Source: Eledone cirrhosa
Taxonomy: Eukaryota
Length of the DNA: 64,000 bases
Assembly (NCBI GenBank): GCA_964016885.1
Contig: OZ024743.1
Location: 90,582,001 to 90,646,000, forward strand
Direction of reading: 5' to 3'
Every line of letters starts with the position of its first letter. Positions within the stretch are counted from its first letter, which is position 1. This document shows, one piece after another, positions 1 to 11,715 of the stretch. Below the pieces are notes generated by a model, which did not search any database, had not been told where the DNA came from, and saw only the letters and a list, made by a program, of their open reading frames with translations. The position numbers were made by a program, and so were the translations under genes.

Positions 1-1275
1 AAAAATGAAGATTTTAATATCTGCAGGATATAATTATAACTAACTAAATAATAATTGTGTCCACATTTGTCGAGGAATTTACATATGATTTAGTACATAC
101 TCTTGGGTCCCAAGTAATGAGGGTGAGGTAGGGGTGAAAATTGATAATTTTTCTAGGTTGTCTCCATTAATTTAAAAAAAACAAAACAGAATTAGTCGTT
201 TAGTTTGCATATTGAGAACCTAGCCCATCCTATTTATTTTATAATGTATGAGATTTCTAATAATGCACTTTTTTGGCCATGTATAAAGAAAACTTTCGCT
301 GGGGATAGCTTAGCAAAATTTAATAAAAGGGGATGGTTGGAAAAAATCTGAAAAATTAATAGGGGCTGGGGGATTATTCAAGACCTGATGGTAAATCATG
401 TTTTACTGACTTTTCCATGCTGGACTTATGAGGCAATGTTTTACAGCTGAACACCCTTCCCGACACCAATTCTTTTAGTCACCTTTTACAACATGCATGG
501 ATATGTTGTACCTTTTCTAAACTGGATACACACAGCCTAGGTCATCAAATTAATTATTTTTATACAATTAATATCGTTAGATGTGGGTTAGAAACGAGTT
601 AGAGCTATATAAACTATTAGCGTTACGTCATTCTATTGTACCAACCAACTAATTATAAGATTTGGCTATCATCATCATCATCATCACATTTTAGCATCCA
701 TTTTTCCATGCAATGGTTATATTTAAATTTTTTTTTATTTTGGGCTGAGTTTTTTTATGTCCCATTTTCCATATCTCAACATGAAATGGTAAATTATTCA
801 GCATGTGGTCCGAGAAAAATGTGGTGAAAGTGGACTTTTGTAGGGGAGGGAATTTATAAGGTACAAAAACAATTAAGATTGATTGATTAGTTCTCAAAAT
901 ATTTTCAAGAAATGTAATTAGTTATTGATAAAAACAATTTATCTGTTGATTTGATCTTGAAAATACCAAATATTCAATTGATCAACTAAAAATCTATTTT
1001 AGTTGATAGTTGCATGATAACTGTATATCTTGTGTAACTTATCAGTTTGTGTTCTCAAAGCTTGATTATATATTGCATGTTCTGAATAGAAAGCATGAAG
1101 TGGTGTATGTTGATAATCATTAATTATTTTCTTATTGATTGTTTATACTGTGATTGATTTTTTTCATTAACAACAGTTCCTGGATGTATATTTTAAAAAA
1201 GTTACTTATAGATAATAATGTCAATATATTGTAATTTATCATGTAAATGGTCTTATCTTTACGTTATATAGATAA

Positions 1276-1497
1276 GGGCGGTGGATTGGTAGAATCGGTA
1301 GTGTTGGACTCCATGCTTTGCAACATAGAGTTATGGCCCTTTGTGTTCTGAGTTGAAATCCTGCCGAGATTAGATAGCTTTGCCTTTCATCCTAACAGGG
1401 TCGATAAAATAAAATACCAGTAATACAGTAGGGTCGATTTAATCAACTATCCCCTTCCTTTTAAATTGCTGGCCTTGTGCCTAACTCAGAAACCATT
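1276..1497 (+). mobile_element. tRNA-derived SINE, family A
   Basis: A-box-like ggcggtggattggcag, B-box gagttcaaatcc, core tttgcctttcatcct..ggggtcgataaaataaagtaccag; about 20 copies in the window. Confidence 0.85.
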
Positions 1498-1836
1498 ATA
1501 TAGATCAGGGCTCCTCAAAGTTGTCCATATAAACCCCTAGTGTGTGGATTTACTAATTAATCTCTTTATAATGGAATAGTAAAAATTGCTGGATCGGGTT
1601 TATTAGCTGCCAGATATTGAACATCCCACCTAGCAGGATGCCTGATTAGGTAGCTTCTTCATGCTCACCAAAATTCAAGTTTTTTAAATTTATAATTTAC
1701 TGGTTCTTTTCTAATGTAAATTGTATTAAACAGTGAAACAGTGGTAAATTAATTGCTTTGTAATGAGATGAAATTATAGGTTCCTGTCCAGATGTGATGA
1801 TGCCTGAAAAAACATTTATATATCATTATTTAATAT

Positions 1837-2027
1837 GGTCGGTGGATTGGCAATATCGGTAGAGGGTTGGACGCCATGCTTTCTAGCATAGTTACGTCCC
1901 TTTACATTCTGAGTTCAAATCCCGCCGAGGTTAACTTTGCCTTTCATCCTTACGGGGTCGATAAAATAAAGTACCAGTAATGTACTGGGTAATTGCTGGC
2001 CTTGTTCCTAAAGTAGAAACAATTATT
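1837..2027 (+). mobile_element. SINE family A
   Basis: Full-length copy of about 190 bp. Confidence 0.85.
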
Positions 2028-2029
2028 TA

Positions 2030-2158
2030 ATATAGAAATGGCTTCTACAGGATACATGACTGGAACTGTTTCATTCATATGAAATCACCAGGAAAGCCTA
2101 TTCCTGGTGATTTCATATGAATGAAATAGTTTTAGTCTTGTAGAAGCCATTTCTATAT
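2030..2158. repeat. Long inverted repeat / hairpin (MITE-like)
   Basis: 26-bp perfect core TTTCATTCATATGAAATCACCAGGAA / loop AGCCTA / reverse complement, plus a 20-bp outer arm ATATAGAAATGGCTTCTACA. Confidence 0.9.
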
Positions 2159-3904
2159 AAATGATGTTTACACTCTACTAATGTATTGAGTACCTTTTTA
2201 ACTGTGGTTGCCCCTGATTTCACTTGAGGTGTATATATATTATACATACATACATATACATATATATATTATATATATATATACACACACAGACACACAC
2301 ACACATATATATTCATATGCATTCATATGCTTTACAGCAGGCTTGCTTAATGTTTACAATCATCAGACATTTGGCAAGGTTGAATGGGTCAGAGAACTAT
2401 GTCTTATACATTCCATATTTAGCATGGTTTTTATGATTGGATGCACTTCTTAATACCAACTGCTTTACATCATAAACTAAGACAAATGAAATGTTAATAT
2501 TTGAAACATTAATGATACGTACTACTTAATGGGTTGCTAATTAATTGTCTAACACTGAGCTATAATAATTAAACAAGGAGATTCCTTCCTGATATTAGTG
2601 GGTGGGTAGGGTGGGGGATTTCTAAAAAGTCTTTTATAAAAGACACTGCCTATGATCTTCAAGATTTGTAAGTACAGCTCACATTCTCATTATTAAGCTA
2701 GTGTTTGGAGCATAACTTCGTGAAGATTCTCACATAAAATTATGGTGATGATGATGAGGATGATGATAGGCATTATAGTGTCTAAACAAATAATTTATAC
2801 ACTCGTAGATGAGTTGCGGTCCCCCCCCATGCCATGTCTTGCAACTGTGTGATATAGAGATCTCTTATCACCCAATGTTCCATAAGGAACTAAAGAAGAA
2901 CGTATCTAGGCATGTTTGTCTGTGTGAGAGAGAATAAGTTCATTTGAGGTGTTAGGTGTTATATCATGAGATTCTCAGCTGGCATATCATTACTGATATC
3001 TGTTGATACACTTCCCTCACATCAATGCTATTATCCCTTACCATTAACCATTTTCTCTGCTCTCACCATCACACTTCTCTATTGTTATCTCATTATGTTG
3101 TTCATGCTGCTTTTCTACATAACCTCCATCCACTACCAACAACCACCACCATGTAGTTGCCACTATCCCGTCCTTCCCCTACCTTTCTATTGTTTTCTCC
3201 CTTCACACTCATCCATACTCTTCCCTTAGCTATCACTCCCATCCTCTCTAAATAACACTTAAGGACACAATTACCCTGAAAGAACCAAGACTGTACAGTG
3301 TAGAGAAAGTTTCTTGGCCTTGTAGGGAGCACGGTAACCTCTCTAGTGCTGGTGCTACAAGTGCATCCAGTACACTGTAAAATGGTTGGCAATTGATCAT
3401 AAATAAGGTGAAAAGGATTCTTTAGTCTTGTCAGGAGTTGACAAAGCTCCAGTGCTTGCTTTATGATAAAATACTCTCAGTACACTTTATACTGTGATAG
3501 GAAAGACATCCATGCCAACATGGTAAGCAGACATAAAAATGATGATGATAATCAACATTCAGATGAAAATATGTCCTTAAATGTTCAAAACCTTCTCTAG
3601 AAACTATACAGTTTAAACATGTTTCTGTTCCAATCTAGAGGATATTAAACTGTATTTTGCTCTCATCACAACCATGTATCTTAATAAAGGTTTCATTTCT
3701 TTGGTTGAATTACACCAGTTTTCCTTGAGGATGATGTTTCATGAATCTTCTGGTATATAAACTTAATGAATTATCGAAATGCTGTCAGTTTTTGATCACT
3801 TGTGTTCAAATGCTATTACAGTTATTTTCTGTTCAGGTGCATGTGTTTCACTCACTGCCACCGTCTTTCGCTCTCCCCCATCTCTTTTTGTTATAAGCAA
3901 ATGA

Positions 3905-4205
3905 GAGCCCATGCGTTGGCCACCCCGTGATCCCAGTGGACAGGATAGAGAAGGTCTTTCCCCGCAGGGTGGTGAGGGAGATGCGCTGGAAGAGCCATTC
4001 CAGCTTGTGAGGCTCACACCTGCGGGTAGCCAACTCTGTGTCGGTGGTGGTGAGTAGGTCCTAGGGCCAAAGACACCAGAAGTCTCCACTGCTACTGGCT
4101 CAACCACAAACCTATTGGAGAGTTTACTCTCCTCAGCCTGAAGTGCAACAGAGCTTGGATTAGTTGCATGTAGCATCCCAGATGAGGGGTTTACCACTGC
4201 GGGAC
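3905..4205 (-). mobile_element. Fragment of a restriction-like-endonuclease non-LTR retrotransposon (CRE-like C-terminus)
   Basis: Frameshifted ..RFVVEPVAVETSGVFGP.. and ..EWLFQRISLTTLRGKTFSILST, resembling the 'F.P.AVET.G.WG...LFQRLS..IQRGNA.SIL' ending of CRE-type elements. Confidence 0.65.
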
Positions 4206-4211
4206 AGGAAG

Positions 4212-4497
4212 ATAATAATAATAATAATGAAATTATTGTGTAAAGTGCTCAGGTGCACTACAACTCGTCAATATAGTACATAGAATAATACACAAATGTC
4301 AGGGAAGTACATGTGTGTATGTGTTAGCTGTAGTGTTGGCGGATCTCGGGAAGCATGGAGGCCTTAAAGGATGCAGTGTCTCGACAGCTAACAACTGATG
4401 CAGGTAGTTTGTTCCATGCTTCAGCAACTCTGTGCGTGAAAAAATGTTTCCGAAAGTCATGGGAACTGTGCTGTTTTCTTACTTTGTGGGCATGTCG
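4212..4497 (-). mobile_element. CR1/L2-type LINE 3' fragment
   Basis: Near-identical to 21220-21540; further copies at about 25770-25960 and 26145-26482. Confidence 0.85.
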
Positions 4498-5177
4498 TCT
4501 TGCCTTTAGTGTGTTTGGGATTCTTATGTTTCCAAATCTTTTGGTATATTTCCTGGCTAGATATGCAATCCAAAATAAATAACAGTTATAGAATGTTTTT
4601 TTGTTTGTTTGTTTGTTTTTTACATTTTACATCTTTATTTGTCAGCATAGACAGATTCCATGGCAACTAAATTTGTCATTTTAAAAGAAAGGGGACAATA
4701 TATATGTTGTGACCAGAGCTTAAAATGTTAATGTTTAACAAATAATTTTATATCCAGTAGTGATTTAGTAGAAAATATCTACAAAATTGGTTAGTTAATT
4801 TAAATATTTATAGTATCATTACTAATTGAGTAGCAAAGATTTGAAGGATTTGAGTAAATACTTCAATTTTTAATGTGATACTGTCATAGTGCTGTTTTAT
4901 ACTTTTCAATAGTGTCTTGCTAATGTGGTTTTATGTGATTTGTTAATTCAAATATTTATAGTAGCTTTACTAGTGGAGAGATCATTGTAGAAATTTGCAG
5001 TATTAGAGTAAAGACTTCAGTTTTTAATGTGATGCAGTCACAATGCTGTTTTGTACTTTCCAAGAATATCTTACTAATGTGCTTTCATGTGATACAGGAT
5101 GTTATGGGTTCAACATATTTTCTCCCCCATCCTTTTTCCATCATTTGTTCATTGAATATTTTTCTCTTTTACTTCAG

Positions 5178-5223
5178 ATTCGACGGCGAACTCGACCCAG
5201 AAAGAAGTGATTACATTATCTAA
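5178..5223 (+). CDS. Possible terminal exon of an unidentified plus-strand gene
   Basis: Strong acceptor (tttttctcttttacttcag) followed by a short CpG-rich segment; reads IRRRTRPRKK* or FDGELDPERSDYII* depending on phase; followed by about 2.5 kb of nearly TE-free AT-rich, 3'UTR-like sequence. Product not recognised. Confidence 0.35.
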
Positions 5224-7930
5224 AAAAGCTGTACAAGAAGGCCAGAGACAATTGTATAAACAACCCCCCTCCCTAAAAAAAAAAAAAACCAAACCAAACC
5301 AAAACTAAAACTAAAAGCAGAATGTTACTAGCTAGTATTTCAGTTTTTGCTCTTCTAATGCAGAAATCTTGTGAGCTTCAGCTGTTAAAGAAAAGCTTTT
5401 CATTCTGAAATGGGATCAAAACAGGAAAATCTATCATATGACGTGTTCTTTTCTTTCTTTCTTATGGCATTTTCTGTGTTAGCAATTTTCCCATATGTAC
5501 AGTAACGAAGAAACTAAAATCATCTTTGCAATGATAGAAAAAGATATTTGGTCAGAAATTGTGTTCAGAGTAATAACAGTAAGAATACAATCACAATTTT
5601 AGCAGGAGTTTTGTTGGTGGTGTAAGTAAACTGGCTGGCTTTTTACATTTTAAGGGATGCCTCTATTGTATAGGTTTGTACAGATAAGTGTGGTCCCTAA
5701 AACGTTAACTACAACCAGGGCATGAATATATAAACAGATCACGCCAACTAATAAATTTAATTAAAGAAAAATTACAATTTCTTAAAAATTGTGAAGATTT
5801 AAAACAGAAAAAATATATTTAGGAAGATTAATTTGAGTTGGTGATGGGGAGGGAGAGATAATTACCAAAAAAAAAAAATAATAATATATATATATCATAT
5901 ATATCATATATATATAAAAAAAATTCAAAGAGAAGAAAATATTTTCACTTGGCTAACATGTATTTCTGTGTTTTTACATGTGTGTAGTTAAGTCTTGTTT
6001 CAGAAACAACTTCATATTCTCAATTAATTTCATTCCTGAAAAGTTGTTTTTAAAAGATAAAAAAACACAAAAAAAAACATGCACACAACAATAACAACAA
6101 GTTTTAAAAAAATAACAAAATAAAACAAAAGCTTTGTTGGCCAGTTTGTTGTGTAACATCACACACACACACACACACACACATACACACATACACACAC
6201 ATACACATACACAAGCCATAAGACATTTGCAATATTTTTTTAGCATTCACACCTGATTACAATGAATCTGTATGAGAGACAGAGAATGTAGCCTCATTTA
6301 CTGTACCCCCATCTTTTTTATTATTTTTAAAATTTTTTTTTGCATTAAAATTTGTTAGGGTTATTTTTCCTGTTGCATTTGTATAACATATTATTGCTCT
6401 TACATCAACACATACCAACACAAGCTCTTATAAATCAACTGTTATGTGTACTACTTCCTAAATAATAAATTAGCAATAATATTCCATTCATGAAGGATAA
6501 ATAACCCCTTTCTCCCCTCTCTCTTTATGTTAACAATCATCATTATCATCATAAATTTATCACCACCACCCTTCCCTCTGGATTATATCATTCAAAAAAT
6601 TATCAGTAAAATACCACAACTTTGTCTTCTGACTATGTGGTTAAAATTAGAATGTTTTCTAGCCATTTCTTAAAGTTTAATCTTAACTTAGATAATTCAT
6701 TTTCTCACACTTCTTCTATATAAGAATATTTTTTATTGAATAAATTAAATTTAGATACAAATCTGAGTTTGAAATTCTGCCTTTCAACTTGTTAGTTGCT
6801 CTCTTTTGATTTTTTTTTTTCTGTTCACTTTGTTTCATTGATTTACATTGTGTTTCAATAAAAGCTTATTTGAACTGAACTAACCCTCCAATAATAGCAT
6901 CTTTACTACTAATTCATTGATCTGTTAGATATGATTGAACAACATACAGCAACAATAGTAGCAGTACATGGCAGTTTACATTCAACATGTATCCCACTGA
7001 TCAAGTATTTAGTTGGTTTTTTACATTCCAGAGAACAAAGATATCTTTACCAGCTACCAATTAATAGATTACCTACATTATCACTTCATTGGTGTTTATG
7101 AGAAGTATTTCTTTAAATACATTTTTAGATTTGTTTGTTTTTAAAGACAACATTGTGCATCACAGTTCTCTAATTTAAATCTTTAATTATTGATTATAAT
7201 TTCAACTGATGGCTACTTTATGTAAGTCCCAACTAATTTCTAGATTTAAATTGAAGAAAATGTTTGTAATTCTTTGGAATTACTTAAGGAATGAATGTCA
7301 TTTTAGAGGTGTTTAATTCTTCAGCAAATGGTAAAATATTGAATATTTTATTTACTTTTAATTTAAATTCATGTAAAGTAAATTACATGTTTTTTTTTAC
7401 TAGAGATAAGTCTATGTATGTATATGTCTATCGGCTAAACAGATAAAACAGGGGTCTAAGGATTTCAACTTATTTCATTCAATATCAGGATTTTAAAAGA
7501 AAAAATAAATTTTTTTTAAAGTTCAAAATTAATTACAAATCCCACTTGAAAAACTTTACTATTAAGGACTATAGACAAAATGTCTTTAAAATTCTTGTTT
7601 CAGTTTTGTTTTAAATGCAAATATCTTTTAGAATTTCTCTGATGCTCAAATCATGCAGTTTCTGACAATAGCCTCTTGTTAATAATTTTCTTGTTTTTGT
7701 TCATTTCTAATTGTCAGTAATTCTTGTTTTCAAATAAGTTTTCTTCTTCATCCTCCTCGCCATCTGTTTTGTATTGATCAACACTTAGATATTGAAATAA
7801 AAACACATTTCTAAGTATACATTTACTTCATTCTTGTTATTAACACATCTACAATGATGCCTCAGTTTGGGATTGAATGAGATGACAGTTTTGCAGGCAT
7901 GGCTGTGTGGTTAAGAAGTTCAATTATTAA

Positions 7931-8125
7931 CCCTTTAGCATTTAAACCAGCCAGAATTCTCTCACCTCTTCCTGTTCAAACCAACCGTAACCAGCTGCTC
8001 ATACAGACGTTAAGGTATTGTTCTCAAAATAAATATGAAAATCTCATAGATTTGATATTATGTGAAATAAAGTATTTACCATGAAAATATAATAGTATAT
8101 ATAGAGTAATGTAAATGCTAAAGGG
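7931..8125. mobile_element. piggyBac-type MITE (about 200 bp), nested in a SINE
   Basis: TTAA|CCCTTTAGCATTTA ... TAAATGCTAAAGGG|TTAA: 14-bp TIR and TTAA TSD. Confidence 0.88.
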
Positions 8126-8874
8126 TTAATCATGTTTTAGATTTGATCCCACTGTGTGGCACCTGGGGCAACTTCTACTTATAGTCTCAAGCCAACCAGT
8201 GCTTTGCGAGTTGAATTTGGTATGAATTATGTTTGTGTGTTCGTTTGTCCCTCTTCTTTGCATTCAACATAACAGTTGGTGATATTTGTTTATGTAACAC
8301 GTAAACAGAGATCACTGTGCAGTAGTTAGATGTGTAAAACCATGTGCCTTTTTTAAAAAGGCAGTGTTCTCATACATTCCTACTAGCAGGTCCTGCCGAG
8401 CTCATGGATGTTATCCAACCATCTTGCTCAGAGTCACCTGCCTGTAAAATCTGTTCAATGATTCTTTCCTGAGACATTCTAACCACATGCCCATAGTATC
8501 AGAGCTCTGATCTCTCGAATCGACAAGTAGTGACTCACTGAGCTATGCACTCTATCTAGTAACATTGCTATTTCAGCCGCTTGTATTCTTTTGGTCATTT
8601 CCCAAGATTCATAATCATAGGAAAGGATTGGCACAAATACCAAATTGATTGAAGATAGTGAGTTTGGCTTTTACACATCTGAATTCTGAAGTTGGTAAGT
8701 TGGAAAATAAAAAGCAACAAAACTTTCTATGTATTTTTTGTCTCTAAACCTTTCTCATAAAATGGTGTATATAGGTGTTGGTATGGTTAAAGATTAGAGT
8801 TTGCTTTACAACCACTTCATTTCAGGTTCAGTCCCATTGTGTGGCACCCTGAGCAAGTGTTTGGTGAGTGTAGT

Positions 8875-9140
8875 CTTATGTAGGAGGGTCATGCTGAATG
8901 GTGTATGATTGGTGTGCATAGATATGGGAGGGGTCATGCTGAATGGTGTATGTGGTCTTGTATGATTGGTGTGCATAGATATGGGAGGAGCATACTGAAG
9001 GGTGTGTGGTATTGTATGGTTTGTGTGCATAGATATGGGAGGGTCATGTATGATTGGTACACATAGATGTGGGAGGAGCATGCTGAAGGGTGTGTGTGTT
9101 CATGTATGGTTGATACATAGATGTGGGAGGAGCATGCTCA
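8875..9140. repeat. Short degenerate minisatellite (about 5 units of 45-70 bp)
   Basis: Recurring gtatgattggtgtgcatagatatgggagg..catgctgaa. Confidence 0.8.
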
Positions 9141-10558
9141 GTACTTTGTAAACACTACCACTCTTCTGCTATTGCTGAGGAGGTGGTTGTTATGGTTGAC
9201 ATTGTCATTTTTTAAACTGTGTGGACCTTGGTCTCTTCCACTCTGCACTGAACATGGTTTATTGAAAATCTGTTTTAACCACAGTATTATATACCCTTTC
9301 TTGTGGAACAAGACCTTAAAGGCTAAATACTCAATCTGTAGTCCCTTTATTTAAAGATAGTGGGTTGTTTTGTAGAGTGATTGGTGTTCGAACAGTAACA
9401 ATATAAGGTAGAGAGGATTCTTCAATGATATCAAGTACTCTACAGCCTCTCTTTTGCTGATGCCATGATAAAATACACTCAGTACATTCTGTATAGTAGT
9501 TGATGTTAAGAAGAGCATCCAGCCATAGAAACCAAGACGGCCTGTCCAGGAAGAGAATAGCCCCAATATAATTCTAGCTTTATCTGTAACAACCAATACC
9601 AACATGGAAAAGCAAACGTAATATCATTATCACCGTTTAACATCCATTTTTCCACGCTAGCATGGGTTATACGGATTATCCTGTTTGAGGCAAGTTGGGT
9701 CAGGTGACTGTCTATTGCTCATACAGAACTTTCTAGCTTGGTTCCTATGGCTGGATGCTCTTCCTAACACCAACCACATTTGCAGTGTGTAATATGATGA
9801 TATAAATTGTGAACCTATCATTATATTTCCAGTTATCTTCAGATAAGGTGAGGGTTGAACCTGCATCTTCATGTACAAAACGTATTTATGTGTGTGTGTG
9901 AAGATATAGTGATTTCTTAAGACATATAGTGTATGTTTTGGTATGTTGACTGAGAGCTTGAAAAGTTTTGAACATAAGCATGGTTCAGTCATCATTATCA
10001 GTTTTGTCTTCCATGTTGGTATATATTGGACAGATTGTTATCTTCTGAGATTAGACAGGTCAAATGACTATGTCCTGCTCATACTATGTGTATTTTATTG
10101 TGGTATCAGCACTACCACATTGCATTGCATACTGGGTGCATTTTACTGTGGCACTGACACTACCACATCACCAATGCTACCACTTTACAGTGTGTACTGG
10201 GCACATTTTATCATGGCATCAGCACTACCATCTTTCAGTATATTTAAAAAAATATATATCAGGTCATCCCATAAGTAATGTCATTATTTACACTGTACTT
10301 GTTAAAACATGTTCCAGAATGTCTAAACAAGATTTTTCCACAGCTGTATAAATTCTGTGGCAAAAGAGAAGCTTGCAGATGCATAAGTTTTAATTTGTTG
10401 TTTTAATAATAATGGTTTCTGATATAGGCACAAGATCAACAATTTTAGGGAAAGACATAAACGATCCCCAATGCATTACTGGTACTTTATTTTATCGACC
10501 ACATAAGGATGTAAGGCAAAGCTAACCTCAGTAGGATGTGTTGCTTTAATAAGTCTTC

Positions 10559-11468
10559 ATGAATATGGAAGTCACAGAAGAGCACACTTTAATAGTTCAA
10601 AACAGGCAACTGATATGAATGAATACTGTAAAAACTGTTTCAGAAGTGTCAGGTGAGGCTGTTTTGAATATTGTAAGTGTCAATGATGTTTCCATAAATT
10701 TTGATTTGGAAGATGGCTACCATTCTTGGTGTCCTGTCTCCTGATAATATGTTGAAAGCTGCTATGGAAAAAATCCCCATGCAACTGTTAAAGAGTTAGC
10801 AGAAGAGGTTAATTCAGCATCATCAACCATCCATCACCATTTACAGGAACATGAAATGGTGTCTAAGTTTGGCAAGTGGGTTCCACATGAAATGAGTGAA
10901 AATAATCAGAGAACATGTCAACATCAGAGTGTAAGTCTCCATTTTTTTAAATGTTTAGTAACCGGTGTTGAAAAATGGATACTATAAGAATGTTCAATGC
11001 CGACTAGCAGTTTCAATCAGGATAATGAACAAAACCTTATCCAAAGCAAGATCTTTGTCCTTGCATTTTGTTAAGCATTTAGGATATGACATATGATACA
11101 CTTTGAAACCTTGTCACAAAACTCAAGTGTAGTATGAACAACTAGATTGACTGAATAAAAAAAATTGATAGCAAAACAACCGACCTCATAGTACAAGAAT
11201 TACATGTTCCAAGATTAAAGAACTTGACTGGAAAAGGTTTCCACATCCTCCATATTCTTCCGACCTTGCTCTTTCAGATTATCATTTATTCTGAAGTTTG
11301 CAACATTTTATTAATGGAAAAGAGTGCAATTCCTTAGTGGCACTTGAAATGAACCCATGCAACTTTTTCCTTTCCAAACCATCTGATTTTTATAGGAAAG
11401 CCATAAGAAACCTTTTACAGTGTTAGAAAAATGTTATTGATTTAGATAGGGAATATATAGTTGATTAA
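10559..11468 (+). mobile_element. Decayed mariner (Tc1/mariner) transposase pseudogene
   Basis: Fragments NPHATVKELAEEVNSASSTIHHHL..KFGKWVPHEM (WVPHEL motif, about 10877), VTGVEKWI, PHPPYSSDLALSDYHLF (YSPDLAPSD motif, about 11241-11290); multiple stops and frameshifts; boundaries approximate. Confidence 0.9.
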
Positions 11469-11545
11469 ATTAGTTTGTAACTTGCGTTTTTTATCCATTC
11501 AAAACCTACTGCCAAAAACATTACAAAATAATTAAAAATCAATAA

Positions 11546-11551
11546 TTTATT
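11546..11551 (-). terminator. Candidate GATB polyadenylation signal AATAAA
   Basis: AATAAA on the minus strand about 40 nt after the GATB stop. Confidence 0.45.
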
Positions 11552-11589
11552 ATTATATAAAAATAAGTATACATTAAACAATTCTAAAA

Positions 11590-11715
11590 TTAGCTGAGCA
11601 ATTTTCTGAGAATATTATCAACTAAAACTGGGTCAGCTTGTTGTCCTATCTTCTTAATGACTTCACCTATTAAAAAATTGATTACTTTCACTTTTCCCTT
11701 CTTGTATTTCTTTAC
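11590..11715 (-). CDS. GATB: GATB exon 12 (terminal)
   Basis: [41 protein letters not shown]; ttgcag acceptor. Confidence 0.93.
   Translation of the reverse strand, partial: VKKYKKGKVKVINFLIGEVIKKIGQQADPVLVDNILRKLLS

Noticed and set aside
636-3392. Short ORFs in the first 3.4 kb
   Set aside because: Low-complexity or microsatellite-derived, with no convincing splice-site-bounded coding signal or recognisable protein.
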